From NCBI GenBank assembly GCA_049515895.1, contig JBEKTQ010000035.1, positions 1 through 15,876 on the forward strand: a stretch of 15,876 bases of DNA. The letters are read 5' to 3'. Shown piece after piece: positions 1 to 8,059 of the stretch; within the stretch, counting starts at the first letter, position 1; every line of letters starts with the position of its first letter. A program made the translations under genes and the position numbers. This DNA is from Candidatus Bathyarchaeia archaeon. Its GTDB lineage: Archaea > Thermoproteota > Bathyarchaeia > Bathyarchaeales > Bathycorpusculaceae. Below the pieces are notes generated by a model. The model saw nothing but the letters and a program-made list of their open reading frames with translations, had not been told where the DNA came from and searched no databases.

Positions 1-70
1 TGCAACCAATAGAAAGAGTCAGAAAGCAGTAATTCTCATAGGAATAGCTTTATTTACCGAAATAAGACCG

Positions 71-203
71 TGGCGGGCGGGGAGGGATTTGAACCCTCGA
101 CCCCCAACTTAGGAGGCTGGTGCTCTATCCGGGAAGATATCAAAACAAAGCGGGAACCCCCCTTTTGTAGAGAACTCTTCAATCCGTACTGAGCTACTCG
201 CCC
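71..203 (-). tRNA. tRNA-Arg(CCU), CCA encoded, with 55-nt non-canonical D-loop intron (127-181); 3' part host-derived, 5' part element-derived
   Basis: Minus strand reads GGGCGAG-TA-GCTC-AGTACGGAT[intron]A-GAGC-A-CCAGC-CT-CCT-AA-GTTGG-GGGTC-GAGGG-TTCAAAT-CCCTC-CCCGCCC-G-CCA, a 78-nt cloverleaf after splicing. Relaxed BHB: ACGG-ATT-GAAGA...TCTTC-CCGG-ATA; cutting after the second bulge nucleotides restores the D-loop AGTACGGATA. Confidence 0.93.
114..131 (+). repeat. attL core AGGCTGGTGCTCTATCCG
   Basis: Identical to 8417-8434; covers the tRNA from the D-loop-like CGGAT to U33. Confidence 0.95.
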
Positions 204-1168
204 ACAAAAACTTAGTAAACGAAATACCCATAGATAAACTTCTCAAAATCGAGAAAGTAGCAATCTATTTAGAAGGAAAAGGAAAACAACCAAACACCAT
301 AGATTCTTTCCGCAGACACATAAACGTCTTAGCCAGACGAACAAACTTAGACAACCCCAAAGAAGTAGAATTAGCAATAGCAAGATACAAACTGACAAAT
401 CCTTTCACAAAAGAAATTACAAATAAACCAGCATCAAACACCTACAAAGCCAAACTATGTTTCACATACCAACACTATGTCAAATTCTACAAATTAGATT
501 GGGAAGTACCAAAGTATGTTGAAGAAACACGAAGCATACAGCCACCATCAGACGCGCAATGCCAGATGCTAATAGCATCAGCTAGAGGCGCATTGTCACT
601 AAGAATAGACATAAGCATCCAGACAGGCTTAAGACCCATAGAAGTACAAGGATACAAGGGATTAAGAGTAAAAGACATACACTCAGACCAAAGAACAATC
701 ACAGCCTTAAGCACAAAAGGATGCAACCCAAGACCGCCAATGCAAATAAGCGAAGAACTAACAGCCAAACTAAGAACATACATCACAAAACACAACCTTC
801 AAGCCGAAGATTATCTTTTCAAAGGAGACGCAAAGAGATACGGCGAACACTACCGCCGAATGAGAAACAGATTAGCTGCAAAACTCAAAGACCCATCAAT
901 CAAAGCAATCCGACTCTATGACCTAAGACACTATTACATAACAAAACAACTTAGAAAGATACAAAATACTGAATTTGTCCGACAAATAGTGGGTCACAAA
1001 AACCTGAATACAACCCAAAAATATTTCCACCTACTTGCAAACACAAACGGAGAATGGATAGTCGAAGGCACAACAGACAAAGAACGAGCAAAACAACTAC
1101 TCGCAGCGGACTTCACATACCAGCTAACAACGCCAGATGGAACAATGCTGTTCAAGAAAGCAAAATGA
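116..1168 (+). CDS. int: Tyrosine recombinase/integrase, C-terminal fragment (intC) of a split gene
   Basis: The frame of ORF 566..1168 stays open upstream to the TAG at 110-112 with no ATG before 566 (AGALSGKISKQSGNPPFVENSSIRTELLAHK...). Catalytic motifs: TGLR, LYDLRH (YxxR variant of HxxR), VGHKNLNTTQKY. Confidence 0.92.
   Translation, partial: AGALSGKISKQSGNPPFVENSSIRTELLAHKNLVNEIPIDKLLKIEKVAIYLEGKGKQPNTIDSFRRHINVLARRTNLDNPKEVELAIARYKLTNPFTKEITNKPASNTYKAKLCFTYQHYVKFYKLDWEVPKYVEETRSIQPPSDAQCQMLIASARGALSLRIDISIQTGLRPIEVQGYKGLRVKDIHSDQRTITALSTKGCNPRPPMQISEELTAKLRTYITKHNLQAEDYLFKGDAKRYGEHYRRMRNRLAAKLKDPSIKAIRLYDLRHYYITKQLRKIQNTEFVRQIVGHKNLNTTQKYFHLLANTNGEWIVEGTTDKERAKQLLAADFTYQLTTPDGTMLFKKAK
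231..244 (-). promoter_or_regulatory. Candidate BRE/TATA promoter for the restored tRNA-Arg, embedded antisense in int
   Basis: Minus strand GAGAAG-TTTATCTA ends 28 nt upstream of tRNA G1 (203). Confidence 0.55.
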
Positions 1169-1332
1169 TGAGCTCGATTCTAATTTCCATATTCTTACTG
1201 CTTGCTCACGCGCGCGCTTGCTAATTGAGAAAGGCATTATCATGGAAGAGGAATACGAAATAGAAATCAAACAGAAAGTCAAGGTCAAATAATCAAAGAT
1301 GTTAAATCTGAAAACATACCACTAATACCATA

Positions 1333-2715
1333 ATGTCAGTACGTGACTACTTTAACACTAATACGATCTATTGTGGTGACTGCCAAGATGTTTTAAGGAA
1401 ATTTCCTGCTGAATGCGTCGATATGATATATGCTGACCCACCCTTTTTTTCAGAAGAAGGATATGAAATTCTTTGGCATGATGGATTTGAAATAAGAGCC
1501 TTTGAGGACAGATGGAAAGGCGGTATCAATAATTATGTAACATGGATGGAACCTAAACTAATGGAGTGCTACAGAGTTTTGAAGAATAACGGTTCCATGT
1601 ATCTCCATTGTGATTTCCATGCAGACGCTCACCTTAGAGTTTTAATGGATAGAATCTTTACCAGTAGAAGCTTCAAAAACGAGATTGTATGGCAGAGAAC
1701 TAATGCTCATCCAAACGCTGGTAAAAGTTACGGAAGATTACACGATGTTATCCTATTTTACACGAAATCAGATGAGTACACTTGGAACATCCAATATGTC
1801 CCTTATACTGACAGTCACGTTTCTTCTTCTTACCGATACAAAGAACCGAAAACTGGAAGACTTTACGCATCTAGAGACTTGACAGCTTCTGTTTATCACG
1901 CATCGTCTGGGCAAGTATACACGTGGAAGGGAAAGAAACCACCCGCGAGCCGTGTTTGGGCGCATTCAAAAGAGGAAATGGAAAAACTTGACAAGCAAGG
2001 CAAGATTGTATACAGCAAAAATGGTTACCCCAGATTGAAACTGTATCTAGACGAAAGCCCAGGTGTTCCTCTTCAGGATATTTGGACAGATATACGACCT
2101 GTTCAGAGTCAAGCAGATGAAAGGTTAGGTTATCCTACTCAAAAACCCGAATTATTGTTGGAGAGAATAATTAAGACTTCTTCCAATCCTATGGACATAG
2201 TGCTTGATCCCTTCTGTGGTTGTGGGACTGCGATAGTTGTGGCACATAAGTTAGGGCGTAGATGGGTTGGAATCGACATTTCTCCGACAGCATGTAATTT
2301 AATGGAAAGTAGAATGAGAAGGTTGCACATTTCCCCTAATGTTATGGGTATGCCTTTAACAGAAGAGGACTTGGCGAAACTTCCACCTTTCGAGTTTCAA
2401 AATTGGGTTGTTCAAAGATTATTTGGGAGAGTATCACCACGCAAAAGCTCAGACATGGGTATTGATGGTTACAGTTTTGAGGGGCATCCTATTCAAGTTA
2501 AACAATCGCATGATATTGGAAGAAACGTAGTTGATAATTTTGAAACTGCAATGCGAAGAAGAAAAGTAAGAAAAGGAATAATTGTAGCTTTCAGTTTTGG
2601 AAAAGGAGCCTACGAAGAAGCAGCAAGGGCAAAATTGGAAGATGGCCTTGAAATAGAAGACATAACCATCAAACAACTTATCGAAGGAAAAACAGACCAG
2701 AAAACTCTGTCTTAG
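1333..2715 (+). CDS. Beta-class N6A/N4C DNA methyltransferase fused to a C-terminal Mrr-like PD-(D/E)XK endonuclease domain
   Basis: Motif IV YADPPF precedes YPTQKP and motif I VLDPFCGCGT; C-terminal FEFQNWV...DMGIDG...IQVKQ matches the Mrr_cat pattern. Confidence 0.88.
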   Translation: MSVRDYFNTNTIYCGDCQDVLRKFPAECVDMIYADPPFFSEEGYEILWHDGFEIRAFEDRWKGGINNYVTWMEPKLMECYRVLKNNGSMYLHCDFHADAHLRVLMDRIFTSRSFKNEIVWQRTNAHPNAGKSYGRLHDVILFYTKSDEYTWNIQYVPYTDSHVSSSYRYKEPKTGRLYASRDLTASVYHASSGQVYTWKGKKPPASRVWAHSKEEMEKLDKQGKIVYSKNGYPRLKLYLDESPGVPLQDIWTDIRPVQSQADERLGYPTQKPELLLERIIKTSSNPMDIVLDPFCGCGTAIVVAHKLGRRWVGIDISPTACNLMESRMRRLHISPNVMGMPLTEEDLAKLPPFEFQNWVVQRLFGRVSPRKSSDMGIDGYSFEGHPIQVKQSHDIGRNVVDNFETAMRRRKVRKGIIVAFSFGKGAYEEAARAKLEDGLEIEDITIKQLIEGKTDQKTLS

Positions 2716-2771
2716 TATATGCAAAGTCTTAAGAGGAAAAAGCAAGGAATAGATTTCGGTGCTATAATTCA

Positions 2772-2978
2772 ATGAATTGCCCTTACTGTAAAACAGAACT
2801 TCCGAATAAACCAAAAAAAGAATGGAAATACAGTTTCTATCAAGTAAAACTGTTCACTTGCCCCAAATGTAAAAAAACAACAAAAGCTTACTACCAAAAC
2901 GGCGCTCTTAACCACACAATTCCCAAGGCAAAAAATCTTAAAATTTTGTTAGGCAAAAAAGCACCACAACAAACTTAA
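2772..2978 (+). CDS. Small zinc-ribbon protein
   Basis: CPYC and CPKC pairs in a 68-aa basic ORF co-oriented with its neighbours. Confidence 0.6.
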   Translation: MNCPYCKTELPNKPKKEWKYSFYQVKLFTCPKCKKTTKAYYQNGALNHTIPKAKNLKILLGKKAPQQT

Positions 2979-3048
2979 CAGCGTCGAGTTCTGTTAAAGT
3001 TTAATTCTGGGAAGATGAATATCGTTCAATCATGGGGAGTAATATCTG

Positions 3049-3435
3049 ATGGTACCTGAAAAAGTTGAGTTTAAGCGAGTTGGACCGCCTATGGTCACCG
3101 CAAAAATTGGAGATGACTATTTCGTTGTTGAAATAACGCTCGATGGAACCCCTGACTCTACTTGGATAGACTGCTTTAAGCATCCCACAAATTACAAGTC
3201 TAATGAAGCGCATCCAAGTAGAACTACTGTTAGTCTAGGCAAAATCACGTTTTCGTCATCTAAGTCTAATATTGAGACAAATGTCGAGTGGATGGATAAA
3301 TACATTCATCAAGCAAACGATTGTTATGAGAAGAAAATGTCAGAGCAAATAGCTTTCCAAAATAGGGTTTTGGATCAAGCAAAAAAACAGCAAGAAGAAA
3401 TTGATAAAATAAACCAAAGCCTCAAAGACCTATAG
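3049..3435 (+). CDS. Hypothetical protein with C-terminal coiled coil
   Basis: 128-aa ORF with GGGGAG RBS-like motif upstream; helical Q/E/K-rich tail. Confidence 0.75.
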   Translation: MVPEKVEFKRVGPPMVTAKIGDDYFVVEITLDGTPDSTWIDCFKHPTNYKSNEAHPSRTTVSLGKITFSSSKSNIETNVEWMDKYIHQANDCYEKKMSEQIAFQNRVLDQAKKQQEEIDKINQSLKDL

Positions 3436-3483
3436 CTTTCATTTTTCGTTGGGTAACTTAACAGTATCCCCGAACACTATAAT

Positions 3484-4344
3484 ATGTTGGTAAGATTGTC
3501 ATCTTCGCTAATTCCTTGGGAAATCAGACTTGGCGCTATGGGAGAAGCTCAAATAAAAGGCAAATTGTTATACTTTTCAATCCCTCAAAAAACCGAAATT
3601 GACCTTGGAATCGATTTTTATTGCGAGTTATTAGTGAACGACAATCCAGAGATGCCATTTTATGTTCAAGCCAAAGGAACAGAACACTTTGACAAAAGCT
3701 TCAGTGTATCTATAAAGAAGACAACAATACGATACTGGCTTAGTCGCCCTTTTCCAGTTTTCTTAATAGTCTACGATGGAAAGAACGACGAATGCTATTG
3801 GATGGCAATTGAAGACTATCGTTATAGGCTGCAGGAGAAATTGCAACTAGACAACTCTGAGACTATCAGTTTTACACTAGATAGATCGCGTAGACTAGAA
3901 AAAGGAAAAGGAGCCAATCTGGAATTCAAAGCGAAAATAGCAGAAGGTCACATTTCGATTCAGCAATTCCACGGTCATCCGCAATTTGAAGGAGATGGAT
4001 ATGTCAAGAAAGTGCCGAAGCCGCCGAGGTCAGAGATTGAATTGGCGAGGACTATAGAGAGCATCAGAATTTCCATGTACTCTCTTGTAGTTCATTATTG
4101 GTTACAGGCGAAAAACCTGAATGAAGCATATTTTTACTGTAATTTTTTAACCGAGCTTGACCAAGCCCACTATAATCATTTTGTTTGGTTTGGCTTAATT
4201 AACAAGGAATTGGGAAACAGAACAGCTGCAAGGGATAATCTGGAAAAGGCATTGACAATTTGCAGAGGAGACAAAAACTGGCCTAAAGAATCAATGGAAC
4301 AGATTATTGATTATATCAAAAGTGAAATAGACAAATTAGGATGA
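3484..4344 (+). CDS. DUF4365-like PD-(D/E)XK nuclease with C-terminal TPR-like helices
   Basis: GEAQ...EIDLGIDFYCEL...FYVQAKGT...YW...PVFLIVYD pattern; C-terminal GLINKELGNRTAARDNLEKAL resembles a TPR. Confidence 0.78.
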   Translation: MLVRLSSSLIPWEIRLGAMGEAQIKGKLLYFSIPQKTEIDLGIDFYCELLVNDNPEMPFYVQAKGTEHFDKSFSVSIKKTTIRYWLSRPFPVFLIVYDGKNDECYWMAIEDYRYRLQEKLQLDNSETISFTLDRSRRLEKGKGANLEFKAKIAEGHISIQQFHGHPQFEGDGYVKKVPKPPRSEIELARTIESIRISMYSLVVHYWLQAKNLNEAYFYCNFLTELDQAHYNHFVWFGLINKELGNRTAARDNLEKALTICRGDKNWPKESMEQIIDYIKSEIDKLG

Positions 4345-4560
4345 GCGTCAAGTAGGAGTCATCAGAGAACGAATGTAAGTTTCAGGATAATCATGCAAGG
4401 TCTCGGCGTCGCTTGCGCTTGCGCGCTCGCTCCGCTTGCTATGCCGTACGGAAACGCGAAAGCCAAACGTCATACGAGAATCCTTTCACCGTGAATGCAC
4501 TTTTTCCATTTAAAGCTCAAATATGACCTGCAACCTAATTAATGAATTGAGGTAAGTACT

Positions 4561-4845
4561 ATGAAGCTCCGAAAATCGCCAGAATTCAGAAGTGTTTATG
4601 CTTCTGGTGTGTGGATTGCGGGAAGCCCAACAGAATTTAGGTTGCTTTTTTTCAACAATGAACCAATAGAAGTTGAAGCCGACCCGAAAGATGCGATGAA
4701 GAGCATTCAAGAAGAACCTTATTTCCAAGCTGAGGTCATAGTAACTCGTCCTCTTGCGGAGTGGATAAAGAATTCCTTGGACGCATTTCTCAAACAGACG
4801 GAGGTCAAACCGACAGATGCTAAAACTGAGGTTAAGACTCAATGA
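4561..4845 (+). CDS. DUF3467-like small protein
   Basis: VYASGVWIAGSPTEFRLLF...AEVIVT pattern recalled for DUF3467; RBS GAGGTAA; ATGA overlap with the next gene. Confidence 0.7.
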   Translation: MKLRKSPEFRSVYASGVWIAGSPTEFRLLFFNNEPIEVEADPKDAMKSIQEEPYFQAEVIVTRPLAEWIKNSLDAFLKQTEVKPTDAKTEVKTQ

Positions 4846-5261
4846 GTCATTATCTTCTGGAACCTGAAGAATGCAACGGTTTTTTTGAACCGAAACCACT
4901 CCCTGACACAATAGGCATCAAGGATATTGTAGATAGAAGATTCACTAGCCAGTTCTCAATACCAAATCCTCTTGTTGTGGCATATAGTCCCTCGACCAAA
5001 TCTCCTTCTGCCTCTGAACGGATTTTCAATGAAAACAAAGAAGTCTTCATTAAGCTGAAAGACGGTTTGGTTCAAAAGCCAGAATTTGAAAACAAGTTCA
5101 TTGCCATTAAAGATGGCAAGATGGTTGATTCAGATTATGACAGAAGCATATTAGTTGAAAGACTCTACACGAAGTATGGCTACGTCCCTCTTTTCATAGG
5201 AAAAGTGGTCAAACAAGAAAAATACAAAGAGTTACCCTCACCTGAGAAGGCGAAAGCATAA
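4842..5261 (+). CDS. DUF5678-like protein with an N-terminal extension
   Basis: C-terminal ENKFIAIKDGKMVDSDYDRSILVERLYTKYGYVPLFIGKV pattern; 4-nt overlaps with both neighbours. Confidence 0.72.
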   Translation: MSHYLLEPEECNGFFEPKPLPDTIGIKDIVDRRFTSQFSIPNPLVVAYSPSTKSPSASERIFNENKEVFIKLKDGLVQKPEFENKFIAIKDGKMVDSDYDRSILVERLYTKYGYVPLFIGKVVKQEKYKELPSPEKAKA

Positions 5262-5653
5262 GTCCGCAAAATTATCCGTATGATACAATAAATTTTGACC
5301 CCGCAGCTCTGATTTTAGAAGTTGAAATTGTCCATCCAAACCCTCAAGATAAAAGAAGTGTTACAAAGAAAGCCAAGATAGATACTGGTGCTGACTTTTC
5401 TGTTATTCCCTCAGAATTAAGGGATGATTGGAACCTAATCCAAACTGGCGAAATAAATACTCTTGACTTCAAGAGAGAACCTAAGGTTATACCAACATAT
5501 AATGTTAGAATAGTCATAAATGGACTCGTTAGCAAAATTGTAGAGGTTGCCGCAACAAATCGACCAGATTTGCTTTTAGGACGAGACATTTTGAACGAAA
5601 TGAAAATGCACGCAGATGGTAAGTCTCAGGTTTTCACGCTTGAAGACCCATAA
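5258..5653 (+). CDS. Retropepsin-like (clan AA) aspartic protease, putative ATA start; absent from the ORF track
   Basis: Manual translation: (M)SPQNYPYDTINFDPAALILEVEIVHP...KAKIDTGADFSVIP...DLLLGRDILNEMKMHADGKSQVFTLEDP*, 131 aa with DTG and LLGRD motifs. In-frame TGA at 5243 limits upstream extension; ATA overlaps the upstream TAA. Confidence 0.85.
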   Translation: MSPQNYPYDTINFDPAALILEVEIVHPNPQDKRSVTKKAKIDTGADFSVIPSELRDDWNLIQTGEINTLDFKREPKVIPTYNVRIVINGLVSKIVEVAATNRPDLLLGRDILNEMKMHADGKSQVFTLEDP

Positions 5654-5722
5654 AACATCTGTGAATCGTATAAATCTGACTATTTATCCCCAAAGTAAAT
5701 GATGAAAAGTCCTCACGAGCAA

Positions 5723-6013
5723 CTACTCATATTCTCGCATATACCGTTCGCCTTTCTCCGTGAGTAAATCGCAAATCTGCCCGTCACGCTTACACTTGCC
5801 TTCAGCATTAGCATCGAAACTCTCACATGGGCTTCCCAAAGATTGCATATGACGACAAGTGCTTGCCCGAATAAATTTATCCATTTCATTAGCAAAAGCA
5901 AATTTTTGAGCTGGAGGAACTTCCCCGAACATTTCTGCCCCATATGAGTTTTCCATTTTTTGACGCTCCCGTATCGAGAGTTTTTTCGGAGATTTCTTTT
6001 TCAATTTTCCCAT
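5723..6013 (-). CDS. Hypothetical protein with four Cys, coupled to rep
   Basis: TGATG stop/start overlap with rep; RBS GGGGGTGA; basic N-terminus. Confidence 0.72.
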   Translation of the reverse strand: MGKLKKKSPKKLSIRERQKMENSYGAEMFGEVPPAQKFAFANEMDKFIRASTCRHMQSLGSPCESFDANAEGKCKRDGQICDLLTEKGERYMREYE

Positions 6014-7083
6014 CAGTAATCACCCCCTTGATGATAGTAAGCAGAGCTTCCGCTATCGCATTCGCCCTTTTCTTCCCAAATTGGAAGCCCGTCATCGTCA
6101 ATTGCGCGTTCCTCAAATTCCTTAATCCAGAACTCTTTCTCAATGCGAACTCTATCATACCCCAAATAGCGCAAGGGGACACACTGAGAACCGCAGATTG
6201 GGCATAAATCAGGTTTCTCTTTAAACTCTGACCTTTTCAGCTTTAATGCTCGAATTCCACAGACTCCGAACCAAGTTAACGAATGGAAACGCCTCCTCGA
6301 TGGAATTATGGTTGAGTGATTAAGCTGATAGTAGAAGGTTCCTAAGATAGTTTTACGCTTTTCAGCAACCTTAACAATCCAGCCATCCACATCATAGGCT
6401 CGCCTTGTTCTTCCCTCAAACCCATTTCTGCACTTGCGACAAAAATCACGGTCACTTTCGTGATTGTGTGCACAATTGCGACATATGCTATAACCATCCT
6501 TTAGGAAGCCTACAGTATGCCAGTGCAAACTCCAATACCACCCGAACGGGACACTTTTCTGACGCGATTCTCGTGCATCTGCAAAACGAAAACCGTGAAA
6601 TATGAGCCCTCCTCCAATTGTTCCTCTATTACCTAGTATCTTTTGCACCCTGCCTCTTCCCTCCAAATACCCCTCGTATCCTTTGTCAAACATGCTATAC
6701 TCAATTTTCGGAACGCTTGCAATCACATGTTCCGCCTTTCCATACTTCCGAGAAGCTTTCTCTATTCGCCAAGCTGCCAATTTCGCCTCGCGAACAGCCC
6801 ACGACTTGTAACATTCAGGGCAACGAGGATTGAAACAGCGACGAATTCTTTTCTTAATGTAAGCATTATCCCTGTGATTAACGCCATCAAGAGTGGTCTT
6901 ATCATGAAAGTGAACCTTTGCGCAACCAATAAAGCCGTACATCTTGCCACACCTTTTCGGAGAGTTCGGATTGCTGTCAGTGACTTTGCCGTTTCCAACA
7001 ACTTGATAAATGCCATGAGTAGCCCACCTTTCTATTTTCAATTGTTCAGTTTCATTTACTTGCATGCTCAAGAGGTATTTCAC
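6013..7083 (-). CDS. rep: HUH-superfamily rolling-circle replication initiator (Rep) with zinc-binding motifs
   Basis: CFNPRCPEC (IS91/SNJ1-type Zn motif), motif I-like HVIASVP, HUH motif SLHWHTVG, motif III-like FYYQLNH, extra CxxC pairs. The start may instead be TTG at 7071, downstream of AGGTGA. Confidence 0.8.
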   Translation of the reverse strand: MKYLLSMQVNETEQLKIERWATHGIYQVVGNGKVTDSNPNSPKRCGKMYGFIGCAKVHFHDKTTLDGVNHRDNAYIKKRIRRCFNPRCPECYKSWAVREAKLAAWRIEKASRKYGKAEHVIASVPKIEYSMFDKGYEGYLEGRGRVQKILGNRGTIGGGLIFHGFRFADARESRQKSVPFGWYWSLHWHTVGFLKDGYSICRNCAHNHESDRDFCRKCRNGFEGRTRRAYDVDGWIVKVAEKRKTILGTFYYQLNHSTIIPSRRRFHSLTWFGVCGIRALKLKRSEFKEKPDLCPICGSQCVPLRYLGYDRVRIEKEFWIKEFEERAIDDDGLPIWEEKGECDSGSSAYYHQGGDY

Positions 7084-7106
7084 CTACAAACCATTAGTCA
7101 AAAGAG

Positions 7107-7158
7107 TTATAAAGGAAATATGGCACCTTTTACATATAAAAATGGCACCATTTAACAT
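7107..7158. promoter_or_regulatory. Divergent promoter region with ATGGCACC direct repeats
   Basis: TTATAAA at 7107-7113; ATGGCACC at 7120 and 7142 (22-bp spacing), each followed by a T-run and ACAT. Confidence 0.55.
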
Positions 7159-8059
7159 GAAAAAAGATGATGATAATAATTCGATAGCGAGCATTAATAG
7201 CATAACAGCAAGCTGCAAGCCCAGAGAAAGAGCCTTCTTCACTATAATGAGGCAAGCAGGACTTACACCCAGTCTCATTAAGAAACTAAGGATGAAAGAC
7301 CTTGAGACAACTATTCAAATACCGCTCAAAATCAACGTTCCATCAGCAGAACCTAAACCGCCAGTCTTTATTGGAGGGGAAGGAATCAAATATATTGGAC
7401 AATATTTAGCGACTAGAACGGAAGAATTGAAACCCGAAAGTCTGCTATTCGTAAATCATCAAAACATAAACAAAGAAATTAATACAAAGGATGTTAGCAG
7501 AGCATTCAGACTCGCGGCTAGGAAAGAAACGAAAGGAGATGCAAAGCTACGACTTTTCAGCCTCGTAAAGTTTTATCGAATCAACGCCAAGCATTATTTG
7601 AAAGAGTTAAGAAATCAACCATATGTAGATGATGAGACATTAAGGGCTCTTTACAGACGACATGCATTATCATGCTTGGAAATCGAGAGACAAATAGTCG
7701 TTCAAAGACACACTCCGAAAAAATGGTTCAATCAAAAGATTGAAAGTCAACAAAATCAAATTAAGGACATGGAGCACAAAGTTGCTTTAAGCAACGCCTA
7801 CCTTAGCTCTATTTTGTCACTAATCTACGACAACAAAGGAGATTGGGAAACAGGAGAAAATGTGAAGTTAGGCGATAACTTCATCAAGCTCTGGCAAAAA
7901 ACTTTAGATAAACAATTAATAAATGGTGAAGAGTTTCTTAACGGTCAAAGCAGCTACGTGCCTCCAGTTGACATTTTAGAAGAGCTGACAAATACACTGC
8001 AAAAAATATTAAAACGATACAAAGAAGCAAAGAAAGTACAGAAACCAAATAATCAATGA
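7142..8059 (+). CDS. Tyrosine-recombinase catalytic-fold-like protein with degenerate active site and coiled-coil C-terminus
   Basis: PRERAFFTIMRQAGLTPSLIKKLRMKDL (box I, catalytic R replaced by T), ESLLFVN, LRLFSLVKFY (HxxR replaced by FxxV). Likely start is ATG 7142 or 7157, not 7064, which overlaps rep. Confidence 0.68.
   Translation: MAPFNMKKDDDNNSIASINSITASCKPRERAFFTIMRQAGLTPSLIKKLRMKDLETTIQIPLKINVPSAEPKPPVFIGGEGIKYIGQYLATRTEELKPESLLFVNHQNINKEINTKDVSRAFRLAARKETKGDAKLRLFSLVKFYRINAKHYLKELRNQPYVDDETLRALYRRHALSCLEIERQIVVQRHTPKKWFNQKIESQQNQIKDMEHKVALSNAYLSSILSLIYDNKGDWETGENVKLGDNFIKLWQKTLDKQLINGEEFLNGQSSYVPPVDILEELTNTLQKILKRYKEAKKVQKPNNQ

Noticed and set aside
1242-1292. 16-aa ORF MEEEYEIEIKQKVKVK
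   Set aside because: Too short to support without conservation or Ribo-seq data.
2971-3464. Hairpin AAACTTAACAG...CTGTTAAAGTTT (2971-3002) and a second AACTTAACAG at 3455, considered as integron attC sites
   Set aside because: At 32 bp it is too short for attC, there are no L boxes, the integrase is not IntI-like, and the second copy sits at TATA-box distance from ATG 3484.
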